A DNA stretch of 64,000 nucleotides. Source: a virus (taxonomy: Duplodnaviria > Caudoviricetes). Below are positions 41,000 to 50,539 of the stretch, one piece after another (the first letter of the stretch is position 1; each line of letters opens with the position of its first letter). A model generated the notes under the pieces. That model was not told the DNA's origin. It was given only the letters and a program-made list of their open reading frames with translations, and did no database searches. The stretch is from IMG/VR virus record IMGVR_UViG_3300033121_001676, positions 44,447-108,446 of that record; one strand, written 5' to 3'. A program made the position numbers and the translations under genes.

Positions 41000-41431
41000 A
41001 TGCAAATTACAAGATCATTTGAAATTGATGCAGGCCATCGTGTTTATGGTCATGAAGGTAAGTGTGCCATGATTCATGGGCACAGATGGAAAATTGAAGT
41101 TACAATTGAAAATGATGTTTTGGATGAAGTTGGGCGTGTTCTTGATTATTCAGAAATGAAGCGTATTTTTGGTGGATGGCTTGATAAACACTGGGATCAC
41201 AAACTCTTGATTTCCAATAATGATGTTCAATTAAGAAAGCTTTCATCTTCATTTGGGAGAGTTACAGTACCTTTTAATCCTACTTCAGAAAACATTGCGA
41301 AGTATTTGTTTGAAGTATTTGATGATTTAATTGAAGATGAATTGCATGGGAATTTATCAAAAGTTGTGAAAGTCAGAGTTTGTGAAACTCCTAACTGTTG
41401 GGCAGAATACATTCCTCTTGAGATCAAATGA
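41000..41431 (+). CDS. queD: 6-carboxy-5,6,7,8-tetrahydropterin synthase
   Basis: DAGHR; CAMIHGH; WDH; PTSENIA; ETP. Confidence 0.95.
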   Translation: MQITRSFEIDAGHRVYGHEGKCAMIHGHRWKIEVTIENDVLDEVGRVLDYSEMKRIFGGWLDKHWDHKLLISNNDVQLRKLSSSFGRVTVPFNPTSENIAKYLFEVFDDLIEDELHGNLSKVVKVRVCETPNCWAEYIPLEIK

Positions 41432-41447
41432 AGACAGGATATGGTTG

Positions 41448-42224
41448 ATGAAACTCGTCATAAGTGAGATTTTTCACAACATTCAAGGTGAAGGTATCTG
41501 GCAAGGGACACCTTCATTTTTTTTAAGGACTGCTGGTTGTAGTATCAAATGCCCATCCTGTGACACAATTTATTCTTGGGCAAAAGAGCGTGCTGAAGGT
41601 CTCTCAAAATCTGCATATTTTGAAATTGATACCGATGATATTGTGATGCAAATTGTCGAAACACATCTCAAATACATTGTCTTTACTGGTGGTGAACCTG
41701 TTGAGCAGATTGAACCACTTGTTGAGATCATGAAACATGATTTATTGAAGAATCGAATCTTTACGATTGAAACAAGTGGCAACATTGACTTTGATCCAAC
41801 CCCATTCCACATGATTAGTATTTCTCCAAAAATGGCAGGAATGATGGGGAGAAAACTACCTCATACAAGATACCTGCATTTGCCAAAATTGATTGAAACA
41901 GCATTTTTGAAAAGAAGAATGGTTCAACTCAAATATGTCATTGCAACGTTGGAAGATTTGCATGAAGCACAATCTTTGACAATGGATATTGTTCCAGAAA
42001 AGTATAGAGGAATGATTACTGTGATTTTTCAACCAAACAATTTGAACTTTAGTGCAGAATCAAATCCGATCAATGGTATTACTTCATATCTTGAAAATCT
42101 TAAGAATATGACATCACAGTTCATGGCAGGTGTGAAAAATGCTGGTTTTTATCAATTCTTTCCACATACAAGAGTTCTGATGCAGAATCATTGGTTGCTT
42201 TATGGAAGACATCGCGGTACATGA
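41448..42224 (+). CDS. queE: 7-carboxy-7-deazaguanine synthase (radical SAM)
   Basis: EIF..IQGEG; GCSIKCPSCDT; TGGEP; IETSG; ISPK. Confidence 0.95.
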   Translation: MKLVISEIFHNIQGEGIWQGTPSFFLRTAGCSIKCPSCDTIYSWAKERAEGLSKSAYFEIDTDDIVMQIVETHLKYIVFTGGEPVEQIEPLVEIMKHDLLKNRIFTIETSGNIDFDPTPFHMISISPKMAGMMGRKLPHTRYLHLPKLIETAFLKRRMVQLKYVIATLEDLHEAQSLTMDIVPEKYRGMITVIFQPNNLNFSAESNPINGITSYLENLKNMTSQFMAGVKNAGFYQFFPHTRVLMQNHWLLYGRHRGT

Positions 42225-42283
42225 GGATCTGGTTCATATCAGAGATGAAATCTACATACACAAGGACTTTTTCAAAGGAAGAA

Positions 42284-42603
42284 CGATGAGGATTTCTGAA
42301 ATACAAGAAAAGATGGTCGAATGGCTCCAGCACAATTTTCCAAATAGCGGTTGGCAAGATCAATTCATGGGTGTTGTTGAAGAAGTTGGTGAGCTTTCTC
42401 ATTCACTTCTCAAACAGAAGCAAGGAATTCGTGGAACTTATGAACAACACGAAGCAGATGCGATAGATGCTGTTGGGGATATTGCAATCTATCTCCTTGC
42501 ACTTTGTATTCGTCGTGGTTGGGATTTTGAAAAGATTGTGAATGATACTTTTGATGTTGTTATGAAGAGAGATTGGAAGGCAAGACCAAATGGACCTGAA
42601 TGA
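42284..42603 (+). CDS. MazG-like NTP pyrophosphohydrolase
   Basis: EEVGEL...DAVGDI; start uncertain. Confidence 0.85.
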
Positions 42604-42793
42604 AAAACAACCACAAAAACCACTTGATATCATGAAAAATGTTGAATTTCTTCGACAGAGAGAAGAGTATATTGTAGAACTTTTGAATCTAACTTCAAAA
42701 ATGATGTTTATCAGATATAAGAAGTTGATTGAGTGTGGTTTTACTGAATTCCAATCTCTTGAAATCATCAAAGCAAGGGGATATATAGAATGA
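42590..42793 (+). CDS. Hypothetical protein
   Basis: Coupled ORF with a GFTEFQSLEI motif. Confidence 0.55.
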   Translation: MDLNEKQPQKPLDIMKNVEFLRQREEYIVELLNLTSKMMFIRYKKLIECGFTEFQSLEIIKARGYIE

Positions 42794-43551
42794 AATCTTC
42801 AGGTGTTGGTCATGTTGTTTTAGTGAGTGGTGGTGCAGATTCTGCAACAGTTCTTGCGATGGCGAATGAACTTTACCAAGAAGAATTGAAATCTGGTATT
42901 GATAGCCATCTTGTAACTTTTCATTGCAACTATGGTCAAAGAACTGAATTGAGAGAGTTGACATCTTATAACAGAATTTGTGATCACTATTCAATCAAGG
43001 CAGAAGATAGATATATTATTGATATTGGTTATTTGACAAGAATTGGTGGAAGTTGCTTGACTGATAAGAAAATAAGTGTCCCAAAAGATGCTGAAGCATT
43101 GAAGAAAAAGATTGTACCAGTTTCTTATGTACCTTGCAGGAATCTTAATTTGCTTGCAATTGCATCTTCAATTGCAGCGGTTAAGGGATCAAGCAACATC
43201 TGGATTGGTGTTGTTGAACAGGACTCTTCAGGATATCCTGATTGTCGTGGTGAATTTATTGATAATGCAAACCATGCAATTAATTGCGGTCTTCCGGATG
43301 GACATGATGTGGTTATTGATGCTCCTCTTCTTACGATGAAGAAGAGTGACATCATTGCTGCTGGAATCAAACTTCAGGTGCCTTATCACATGACTTGGTC
43401 TTGTTATGAGGATAATTTTACGGCTTGTGGTGAATGTGACTCTTGCAGACTTCGTATTCTGAGTTTTGAAAAGAATGGCATTTGTGATCCGATCAACTAT
43501 AACAGACCGTGGAACGAGATTGTTGATTTTGTTAAGGGATTCAAAGAATGA
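42790..43551 (+). CDS. queC: 7-cyano-7-deazaguanine synthase
   Basis: SGGADS; YGQR; VPCRN; YPDCR; TWSCY; CGECDSC. Confidence 0.96.
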   Translation: MKSSGVGHVVLVSGGADSATVLAMANELYQEELKSGIDSHLVTFHCNYGQRTELRELTSYNRICDHYSIKAEDRYIIDIGYLTRIGGSCLTDKKISVPKDAEALKKKIVPVSYVPCRNLNLLAIASSIAAVKGSSNIWIGVVEQDSSGYPDCRGEFIDNANHAINCGLPDGHDVVIDAPLLTMKKSDIIAAGIKLQVPYHMTWSCYEDNFTACGECDSCRLRILSFEKNGICDPINYNRPWNEIVDFVKGFKE

Positions 43552-43781
43552 TATGCGAAAAGCATAAAGTTCAATTCAAAGACCATTGCGAAGAATGTAA
43601 GAGAAATTATTTGATTGATTCTGCAACAGAATTTGAAAAAATCCGTAATGAAATTCTATTCAAACAAAGATGGTTTTGGAATGATCCAGAAGTAGTCAAT
43701 AATCCTGTGACCTATCAACACTCTACAGGGTCATATACTTTCACATTCTCTGGAGGTAATCAAAACAATGGTGCCTTCTGA
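43548..43781 (+). CDS. Small protein with a MICxxHxxQ..HCxxC N-terminus
   Basis: Coupled to queC; possibly a distant relative of the MIC family. Confidence 0.5.
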   Translation: MICEKHKVQFKDHCEECKRNYLIDSATEFEKIRNEILFKQRWFWNDPEVVNNPVTYQHSTGSYTFTFSGGNQNNGAF

Positions 43782-44340
43782 TAAAGAATCTTATCTTGCT
43801 TCAATTTATGCAAATATTCTTGAATTCACACTTTATCCGAATTGGAGGGATGATCCGAATACGAAAGAAACCCCGAGGAGGGTTGCAAAATCTCTTCTTG
43901 AATTGACTTCTGGTTATACAGAAGATGTTGAACAGTATATCAAAACTTTTGATACGAGTGAATATAATCAAATCATAGCAGTCAAAAATATTGACTACTA
44001 TAGCCTCTGTGCTCATCACATGCTTCCTTTCTTTGGAAAGATTACTGTTGCATATATCCCGAATGGAAAAGTTCTTGGATTGAGCAAGTTTGCAAGAATT
44101 TCGCACGCATTCGCAAGAAGATTGCAAATTCAAGAACAGTTAACTGAACAGATTTGCAACTTTATCCATGAAAGACTTAAGCCAAAGGCAACTGCCGTCT
44201 ATATCACAGGCACACATCTTTGCATGTCAATGAGAGGTGTTGAATGCCCGAATGCTGTGACAGAAACTTCAGCATTGCGTGGTGCATTCATGGATGAAGC
44301 TGAAACAAGGGCTGAACTATTTAAGATCATAAAATCGTGA
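43768..44340 (+). CDS. folE: GTP cyclohydrolase I
   Basis: ETPRRVAK; SLCAHHMLPF; GLSK; RRLQIQE; HLCM.MRGV. Confidence 0.97.
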   Translation: MVPSDKESYLASIYANILEFTLYPNWRDDPNTKETPRRVAKSLLELTSGYTEDVEQYIKTFDTSEYNQIIAVKNIDYYSLCAHHMLPFFGKITVAYIPNGKVLGLSKFARISHAFARRLQIQEQLTEQICNFIHERLKPKATAVYITGTHLCMSMRGVECPNAVTETSALRGAFMDEAETRAELFKIIKS

Positions 44341-44371
44341 ACAACAACGTGCCAAATCCGCCATTCCTGGC

Positions 44372-44398
44372 TTGTTTGAGCGGTTTTGGTGCTATAAT
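44372..44398 (+). promoter_or_regulatory. Promoter TTGTTT-N15-TATAAT
   Basis: TGcTATAAT; recurrent motif. Confidence 0.6.
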
Positions 44399-44442
44399 GG
44401 TGCAACTCGTATGTATGCACAAAAACAAGCCAGGAGAAGCGA

Positions 44443-44643
44443 TTGTGGGCCATTCTTGCCTTTTTGATTGTAAGTTGGCCGGTTTGGTTTCCGTTGTGGT
44501 GGATCTTTTTTCATAAAAAGAACGTCAAACAAGAAAAAGTAGAAGAGGTCAGGTGCAATGGATGCTGCTCAAAACACTGTTACAATTCCATTGAATCCGA
44601 AAGATTTGAAGACGACTCACCGCTTAGAGGCATTTCCGAATGA
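44443..44643 (+). CDS. Small membrane protein
   Basis: AGGAG SD; Trp-rich TM segment. Confidence 0.45.
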   Translation: MWAILAFLIVSWPVWFPLWWIFFHKKNVKQEKVEEVRCNGCCSKHCYNSIESERFEDDSPLRGISE

Positions 44644-45007
44644 GTATAGTGGCACAAGGCCATACCAGATAAAGTGTAGAAGTGATGAGTTTTCAGCTGT
44701 TTGCCCAAGATCTGGACTTCCTGATCTTTACACTCTTGAAATTACATACATTCCTGGTGACTACTGTGTTGAATTGAAAAGTTTGAAGATGTATTTGACA
44801 TGTTTCCGTAATGTTGGAATGTTTGTTGAAAATCTTGCAAACCTCATTGCAGACAATTTTGTTGAAGCAATCCACCCTCATTTTTTGCAGGTTGTAATAC
44901 AGCAAGCAATTCGAGGTGGAATTTTCACGACAGTAAACGTCACTCGTGGAAAGCACCCTGAAGAACCTGAAGTTGTTGGTTCTGATGATTATGATACAAT
45001 GTCATGA
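44558..45007 (+). CDS. queF: preQ0 reductase (QueF)
   Basis: EFSAVCPRSGLPD; QueF motif ELKSLKMY; RGGI. Confidence 0.9.
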   Translation: MDAAQNTVTIPLNPKDLKTTHRLEAFPNEYSGTRPYQIKCRSDEFSAVCPRSGLPDLYTLEITYIPGDYCVELKSLKMYLTCFRNVGMFVENLANLIADNFVEAIHPHFLQVVIQQAIRGGIFTTVNVTRGKHPEEPEVVGSDDYDTMS

Positions 45008-45519
45008 TTAACACACTGGCAGCAAAAAGAGAGTATATTGGCAAATCAATCTTGCCAAGTATGTCATTCTATGTCATTATTCAAAAGGATGGCAATAGAT
45101 CAGGATATTGCACATTTGATGATCCTACAAGTGAAGGCGGGTCAGATCCTGTAAGGACATTGGTTGCATTCACTAATCAAGAAAAAGCTGAGAAGTATAT
45201 TGTTGATCAATTGAGAGGAATAGGAGAAGTTAAAGTAATCAATCTCACAACAAGAGGTGCTGGTGATTTATTTAGAATGATGATTAAGAACAAGATTTAC
45301 TTCTTTACTTTTGATAGGACTCCTTTTGTTGCAATTAGAGATTTGGGAAATTGTGTCTTCATTTCTATCAAGCTTTTTGCTGAAGTTGTTGGTAAGTATG
45401 TTGAAGCAGTTAAAGAATTGGCAATGAGAGAAAAGTGGCTGCCAGATGATTCAATGATTGTTGATTTGCCAGAGAATGTGAAAGATATTGTTGAAGGAAG
45501 AAATAAAAGAGGAAGTTGA
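45004..45519 (+). CDS. Hypothetical protein
   Basis: Coupled between queF and dpdA. Confidence 0.55.
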   Translation: MINTLAAKREYIGKSILPSMSFYVIIQKDGNRSGYCTFDDPTSEGGSDPVRTLVAFTNQEKAEKYIVDQLRGIGEVKVINLTTRGAGDLFRMMIKNKIYFFTFDRTPFVAIRDLGNCVFISIKLFAEVVGKYVEAVKELAMREKWLPDDSMIVDLPENVKDIVEGRNKRGS

Positions 45520-46523
45520 TGTGCTCAAAACTTTATGATCCACACAACATTCTTTCTCATGATCGAATAAATATTATCTTTGCTGGCAGTGTCAAGATTA
45601 GTGATTTTGAAGGATGGGATATTAAGAAAAGACTTGTTTGCCACGAAGATACGAAAATTACTTATCAACATCTTGATTTCTATCGATCAATGCCAAAGAT
45701 GTTTATTATTCTTGATTCAGGCGCATTTTCTGCCTGGACAAAAGGCGCAGAAATCAATATTGATGAATTCACATTAAAAATCATTGAATATTCAGATATT
45801 TTGAACATGGCCGCCAATCTTGACGTCATTCCAGGCAGCCGTGGAAATAGACAGATTACTGAAAGTCAAAATGAAGAAGCTGCAATTGCTGGTTGGAAGA
45901 ACTACATTTACATTTTGAATAAGTTGAAATGGCATGGCCGAGAAGATCTTACAACAAGAATAATGCCTATCCATCATCAAGGTGAAAAACTTGATGTTTT
46001 GAAGAGAATGATTGATTATGGTTGCACATATGTTGGCATTAGCCCAAGCAATGATGCGACAACAATACAGAGAATTAAATATCTTGATGAAGTATTCTCA
46101 TACCTTCTTACTCTACCTGAGAGGATCTTAACGCACGGTTATGCAGTTACAAGCGAAGTATTGATGGCGAAGTATCCTTGGTTCACAGTTGATTCAATTA
46201 GTTGGATATATACTGCTGGTTTCGGGACAGTGAAGACGCCGTTTGGAAGCTTTTGCTTCAGTGAAGATCCGAGATCACTTAAGAATAAAGAAAACTTACT
46301 CATTACTTTTGATGAAGACGGTTCTTGGACAATAGGTAATCCTGAATACCAGCACTTGAAGAATGACTTAGAACAATATCTTGTTGAACAACTTATGATT
46401 GATCCGCATTCACTTGGTCAAGACTATTGGGCAAGAGCGAAAGCGAACATACTTTATCTGCAAGAATTTGAAAGAAATGCTATTTTGAGAAACAAGATTG
46501 AACATTCAACTCAAATACTTTAG
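45519..46523 (+). CDS. dpdA: DNA 7-deazaguanine transglycosylase (phage DpdA, TGT-like)
   Basis: LDSGAFSAW; NLDVIP; MPIHHQGE; THGY; VDSISW; next to the que genes. Confidence 0.85.
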   Translation: MCSKLYDPHNILSHDRINIIFAGSVKISDFEGWDIKKRLVCHEDTKITYQHLDFYRSMPKMFIILDSGAFSAWTKGAEINIDEFTLKIIEYSDILNMAANLDVIPGSRGNRQITESQNEEAAIAGWKNYIYILNKLKWHGREDLTTRIMPIHHQGEKLDVLKRMIDYGCTYVGISPSNDATTIQRIKYLDEVFSYLLTLPERILTHGYAVTSEVLMAKYPWFTVDSISWIYTAGFGTVKTPFGSFCFSEDPRSLKNKENLLITFDEDGSWTIGNPEYQHLKNDLEQYLVEQLMIDPHSLGQDYWARAKANILYLQEFERNAILRNKIEHSTQIL

Positions 46524-46579
46524 ACCTACGTTACTTAATGCGGCAAAAGCAAAGTGTTGTGAATTGCGTAGAAGCCGCT

Positions 46580-46606
46580 TTTTCCGCTGCAATGGCATTG
46601 TATAAT
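46580..46606 (+). promoter_or_regulatory. Promoter for the Ubl operon
   Basis: TATAAT 46601-46606; TTTTCC at N15. Confidence 0.55.
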
Positions 46607-46668
46607 AGGTGCGCGCTCAATGTTTGGGCGCATAGTGTGCAATTGGCAGCAACACAAGGAATGCAACA

Positions 46669-47064
46669 ATGAGTCCTGCAAAGGGTGGCGGTGGTCGGAT
46701 GGGCAAGGGGCCGAAGAAGGCCACGAAGACCTCGAAGCCGAACGTGACTTCGGTCGCGGAGGGCAGCGTCTTCATCTGCAAGATGGGCGAAACTCCCATC
46801 GAGGTGAAGGACGTTTCGGCCGGGACCAGGATGGTGGACGTGCTCCGCCGTGCCGTGTTCCCGCCGGGCGTGATCAAGGGCCGTGGTGGGCGTGACATCA
46901 GCAACGTCATCGAGGCCGCCGAGGCCGACGTTGCTGCCGGGCGCATCGGCAACATCGGGCAGGCGTTCAACACTGTGCGCGTGAACGCGCAGCCCGCGAC
47001 CCTCGAGACGCTCATCAACCCCGGGGACCAGATTTCGCTGATTCCCAACATCACCGGCGGCTGA
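46669..47064 (+). CDS. Ubiquitin-like beta-grasp protein (ThiS/MoaD-like) with C-terminal GG
   Basis: VRVNAQPATLETLINPGDQISLIPNITGG*; K/G-rich N-tail; GC-rich codons; AAGGA SD. Confidence 0.88.
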   Translation: MSPAKGGGGRMGKGPKKATKTSKPNVTSVAEGSVFICKMGETPIEVKDVSAGTRMVDVLRRAVFPPGVIKGRGGRDISNVIEAAEADVAAGRIGNIGQAFNTVRVNAQPATLETLINPGDQISLIPNITGG

Positions 47065-47069
47065 GAACC

Positions 47070-47111
47070 AAAAAATACCCGGCACCTTTCTGGTGTCGGG
47101 TATTTTTTTTT
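47070..47111 (+). terminator. Intrinsic terminator between Ubl and E2
   Basis: aaaaaatacccggcacc-tttct-ggtgtcgggtatttttttttt. Confidence 0.85.
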
Positions 47112-47123
47112 GGAGCAAATGGA

Positions 47124-48515
47124 ATGAGCACTGCAATTACCGGATTCACCAAAACAACATTCCAGGGTAAACTTCCCGAGGATTGTTCTTCATTTGCCCC
47201 AATGCTCAATGGTGAGTTGCGTGAAGAGTTCGAAACAGCTCTCAGTGGAATGGCTGTTGAGTTCAAGAGAAATCTGGAAATTGTTGGAACTTCTCATTAC
47301 CCGCAATTTTTCAAAGAAGATGATCCAATTATCGCATTGAGGAAGCCAAAGACAATCTTCATCCACCCGTTCTCATTGCCAGATGGCAGCACACCTGAAT
47401 TCAAGGAACTTTCGGAAGAGCTTGTTGTTACCAAGAAGAAGTATAAGCTTCGCGGACTTCAAAGGGACGCGATGGTTTATAGCGGTCCGAAGATTGTCGG
47501 ATTCCTCATGCTTTCTGGTGACAAAGTTGGTGATTCAAAAGGTGATGTGCTTACGCTTTTTCATGCACACCACATCTACTTCGTTGCTGATTTCTTCGAT
47601 ATGTCCGGTGGTGAGTGGGAAACACTTACTCCCGAAGACAAGATTGCTACTGCTCGTGAATCCTTCGAAATGATCCTGGATATTCTTGAGATTTCGATCA
47701 AGTGTATGCAGGAAAAGTTCAAACTGGATGATTTCGAAGCTCTTGAATCACAGAGGATCGAGAAAATAAAGAATTCTTGGGTTGCAAATTATCCGAAATT
47801 GGTTGAATTGAAGAATAAGGGACTTAAAGATACCTATCTTGCAGAAAGAGATAGGTTAGTGACAATGGAAGAAGAGTATCGTGTTGCTTGTGACAATTAC
47901 CAGAATGCGAAGAGAAATTATGATGATGCTGTGTTGAATTCTGGTTCCATTGCAGCGGTTTCAAATGACAGAATGTTTGCTGGTTTGATGAATAGTTTCT
48001 ATGAATCGATTGATATTGATACTTCTGCGAAGTGTATTGTGGCATTGACAAAGATGATCTTTATTCGTGAATCTGGAAGAATTTACGCAATTGGACAGAT
48101 CAAAATCAGAATTCCGCTTGAAACAAGTGCGTCTATTGTTGCTGAAAACATTGCCCCAATGACTATTTCTGGTGAAAGGATTCACCACCCACACATCAAC
48201 GGGAGTGGTGGAATTTGTCTCGGCAACACGCACAGTGTTGTTTCTGATTTGAGGAAGAAAGGAAGTATCCTTGAACTGCTTGAACTGTTGGGCAGTTTCA
48301 TGTTTTCATATAATGTGAAGAGCGTCTTCACAAAGATCACTGTGTTTAAGGATGTTACTGAACAATTCAGTGAAGAAGAGATTGCTTACGATAATGATCA
48401 AAACAGAGAAGAGAAGAGTGCGGCAAATGCCGAACAGCTGATCAATGTTTTGAGAAGAGCGGCTGCACCAGCTCCAGTAACAGCTATTCCTCCAGTTGAG
48501 ACGGGAGGTGTTTGA
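47124..48515 (+). CDS. E2/UBC-like conjugating enzyme with N-terminal domain and coiled coil
   Basis: HPHINGSGGICLGN (UBC HPN...ICL signature; Cys codon 48216). Confidence 0.75.
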   Translation: MSTAITGFTKTTFQGKLPEDCSSFAPMLNGELREEFETALSGMAVEFKRNLEIVGTSHYPQFFKEDDPIIALRKPKTIFIHPFSLPDGSTPEFKELSEELVVTKKKYKLRGLQRDAMVYSGPKIVGFLMLSGDKVGDSKGDVLTLFHAHHIYFVADFFDMSGGEWETLTPEDKIATARESFEMILDILEISIKCMQEKFKLDDFEALESQRIEKIKNSWVANYPKLVELKNKGLKDTYLAERDRLVTMEEEYRVACDNYQNAKRNYDDAVLNSGSIAAVSNDRMFAGLMNSFYESIDIDTSAKCIVALTKMIFIRESGRIYAIGQIKIRIPLETSASIVAENIAPMTISGERIHHPHINGSGGICLGNTHSVVSDLRKKGSILELLELLGSFMFSYNVKSVFTKITVFKDVTEQFSEEEIAYDNDQNREEKSAANAEQLINVLRRAAAPAPVTAIPPVETGGV

Positions 48516-48516
48516 A

Positions 48517-50532
48517 ATGGGTCGTAGCAAAATGAGAAAGAGGTCTCGTTCCGGTTTTGTTTCAAATACATCCTACAGCCACAAAATTCCTGAAAACATT
48601 CCGTTCACGCCAAGAATTCGAAGAGCAATTAGCGTTCCGAGCAATCGGAATTTGAACGAAAAAGGTCTTCGTGTATATATTCCTCTCAGGGTGTATCAGA
48701 AGATGCTTGCTTTGACCATGGTTGCGACTTCGGAAACGAGCGCAATGGGCGTCGTTCACTTGGAAAAAGATGGTGAACGCACGACATTTGGTCAAGAAAT
48801 TTGGGTAGATGACATTCATTACGTTCATAACACTTCAAGCTCTGCTTCGACAACCCTTGATGCTGGAGATCTTTCAAGATTGCAAATTGAATTGATGCAA
48901 TCTGGCATTGATTTGCTTGGATTCAGATTGTGGTTTCACACGCACTACAATTTCAATGTTTTCTGGTCTGGCACTGATAAGAATACAGCTATCAATGTGC
49001 TTGAAAACTCACGTTGGACGTTGAGTATTGTGATGAACCAGAAGCAAGAACTTCTGGCTCGCGTTGATAAGTACCGTCCAACGCATGTTGAATATGATAA
49101 TGTTCCAATCTATATTGTTAATGATGTTCGCAAATCGCAATGGGATCTTTGGTGTGAAGAGGCAAAATCAAAGATCAATACCAGTGTGATTGACACTTCA
49201 AACAAGATACTTTCAAAAGAGTTTGAAGAGTACATGCGTTCTCAAGGAATGGTTGTTGATAATACTGATGTGAAAAAGGTTGAGAGTGAGGTTGAAGTTG
49301 TTGCTGATCCGTTTGGCATTCCACAAGATAATCGTCCTACTGGCGGGAATATCCTTTATCTTCCTGGCAGTGAGGTGAGTGATGAAGAAAATGAACTTCT
49401 TGCTCATTTCGGAATTGTGGAAGATACAATTGGTCTGATTGAAAATGAAGTTGAGCCTCCAGAAGTTGAAGATACACAAGATACTGAAGTTGATGGAGAA
49501 AAGACATACTTTGAATATTCATGCAGTTGTGGTAATGAAATGCTTGTTGATAATGATGATTTGAAATTCCGGTGTTCTGGTTGTAAGCAATTGTTCGTGA
49601 ACAATGATGCTGTTCAAAGAAAAGAGATTGAAAACCAGAAGAAGAAAGAGTCTGTTGTTGTAAAAGTTGCGAATCCTGCCGCAGATGGTGACGAGTTGTA
49701 TAATTTCGCGATTAGGGTCAAAAAATTCTTGCTTGAAACACCAGCACATCTGGATGATTTCATTGGTGTCACTAACAAAGATATTATTCCACCAGAAAAG
49801 AGCGATTGTGAAAATTATATCGCTACTGTGTTGGAGAGTTTTACGATTACGAAAGAGCCAGAATTGATTGCTCGTAGTGATTTCTATAAGAGAAAGGTTG
49901 ATGATGAACTGAGGTTCTTTGGATCGTATGGAATTTTCAGGATGTATTATTCCAGGAAGACAAAGAAGATCCTTGCTTGCAGAGAACACCCGACAATTGA
50001 TACTACGATTAACATTCCATTCAAATCATTCATTAGTGGTGAGATGGTTAAGGAATGTTGTATTCCTGTTTTGAATAAAAATGGTGTATTGACTATACGG
50101 AGTCTCGCGTGCTCGGATCGATCTGATGATCTTAGATACTACTATAATGTGATTAAAAAGTCATTCTTTTACAATTTCCTTCCTACGATCAAAGATGAAA
50201 GAACGGAATGCCCGAATACCGTTCCAATTGAAACACTCCCAAATAATGATCTGAAAAAGATCATTACCAGTGCGTTGAAATTTGTTGGTGAAAAAGAAAA
50301 AACGATTCGACTTGAACAGAGATCGAATCGAAATGGAATGTCTGTTGATACTGGTAGGGATACCAGACCATCACAAAGCTATATTTCTGGTGGAACTTAC
50401 AAACGTGATGATTATATCTACCATGGTGGATACTATGGTGGGAATTATCAAGGTGGCTACTACAACAGGGAACGTGATGAGCTCGAACGTGTGTTCTTGA
50501 GGCTTGATCCGGAAAACATCAGCAACGATTGA
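48517..50532 (+). CDS. JAB/MPN+ isopeptidase, multidomain
   Basis: E(SETS)...WFHTHYNFNVFWSGTD (E-xn-HxH-x7-S-x2-D); acidic linker; CSC..CSGC ribbon; GGGAGG SD. Confidence 0.85.
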   Translation: MGRSKMRKRSRSGFVSNTSYSHKIPENIPFTPRIRRAISVPSNRNLNEKGLRVYIPLRVYQKMLALTMVATSETSAMGVVHLEKDGERTTFGQEIWVDDIHYVHNTSSSASTTLDAGDLSRLQIELMQSGIDLLGFRLWFHTHYNFNVFWSGTDKNTAINVLENSRWTLSIVMNQKQELLARVDKYRPTHVEYDNVPIYIVNDVRKSQWDLWCEEAKSKINTSVIDTSNKILSKEFEEYMRSQGMVVDNTDVKKVESEVEVVADPFGIPQDNRPTGGNILYLPGSEVSDEENELLAHFGIVEDTIGLIENEVEPPEVEDTQDTEVDGEKTYFEYSCSCGNEMLVDNDDLKFRCSGCKQLFVNNDAVQRKEIENQKKKESVVVKVANPAADGDELYNFAIRVKKFLLETPAHLDDFIGVTNKDIIPPEKSDCENYIATVLESFTITKEPELIARSDFYKRKVDDELRFFGSYGIFRMYYSRKTKKILACREHPTIDTTINIPFKSFISGEMVKECCIPVLNKNGVLTIRSLACSDRSDDLRYYYNVIKKSFFYNFLPTIKDERTECPNTVPIETLPNNDLKKIITSALKFVGEKEKTIRLEQRSNRNGMSVDTGRDTRPSQSYISGGTYKRDDYIYHGGYYGGNYQGGYYNRERDELERVFLRLDPENISND

Positions 50533-50539
50533 GGACAAG

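Noticed and set aside
45519-46523. tRNA-guanine transglycosylase (Tgt) for queuosine tRNA
   Set aside because: Motifs fit phage DpdA; the Tgt Zn site is missing; no queA or queG; none of the tRNAs in the window has a GUN anticodon
46531-47136. Minus-strand ORFs (201 and 145 aa) over the Ubl gene
   Set aside because: Stop-poor shadows of GC-rich coding; promoter, SD and terminator all support the + strand
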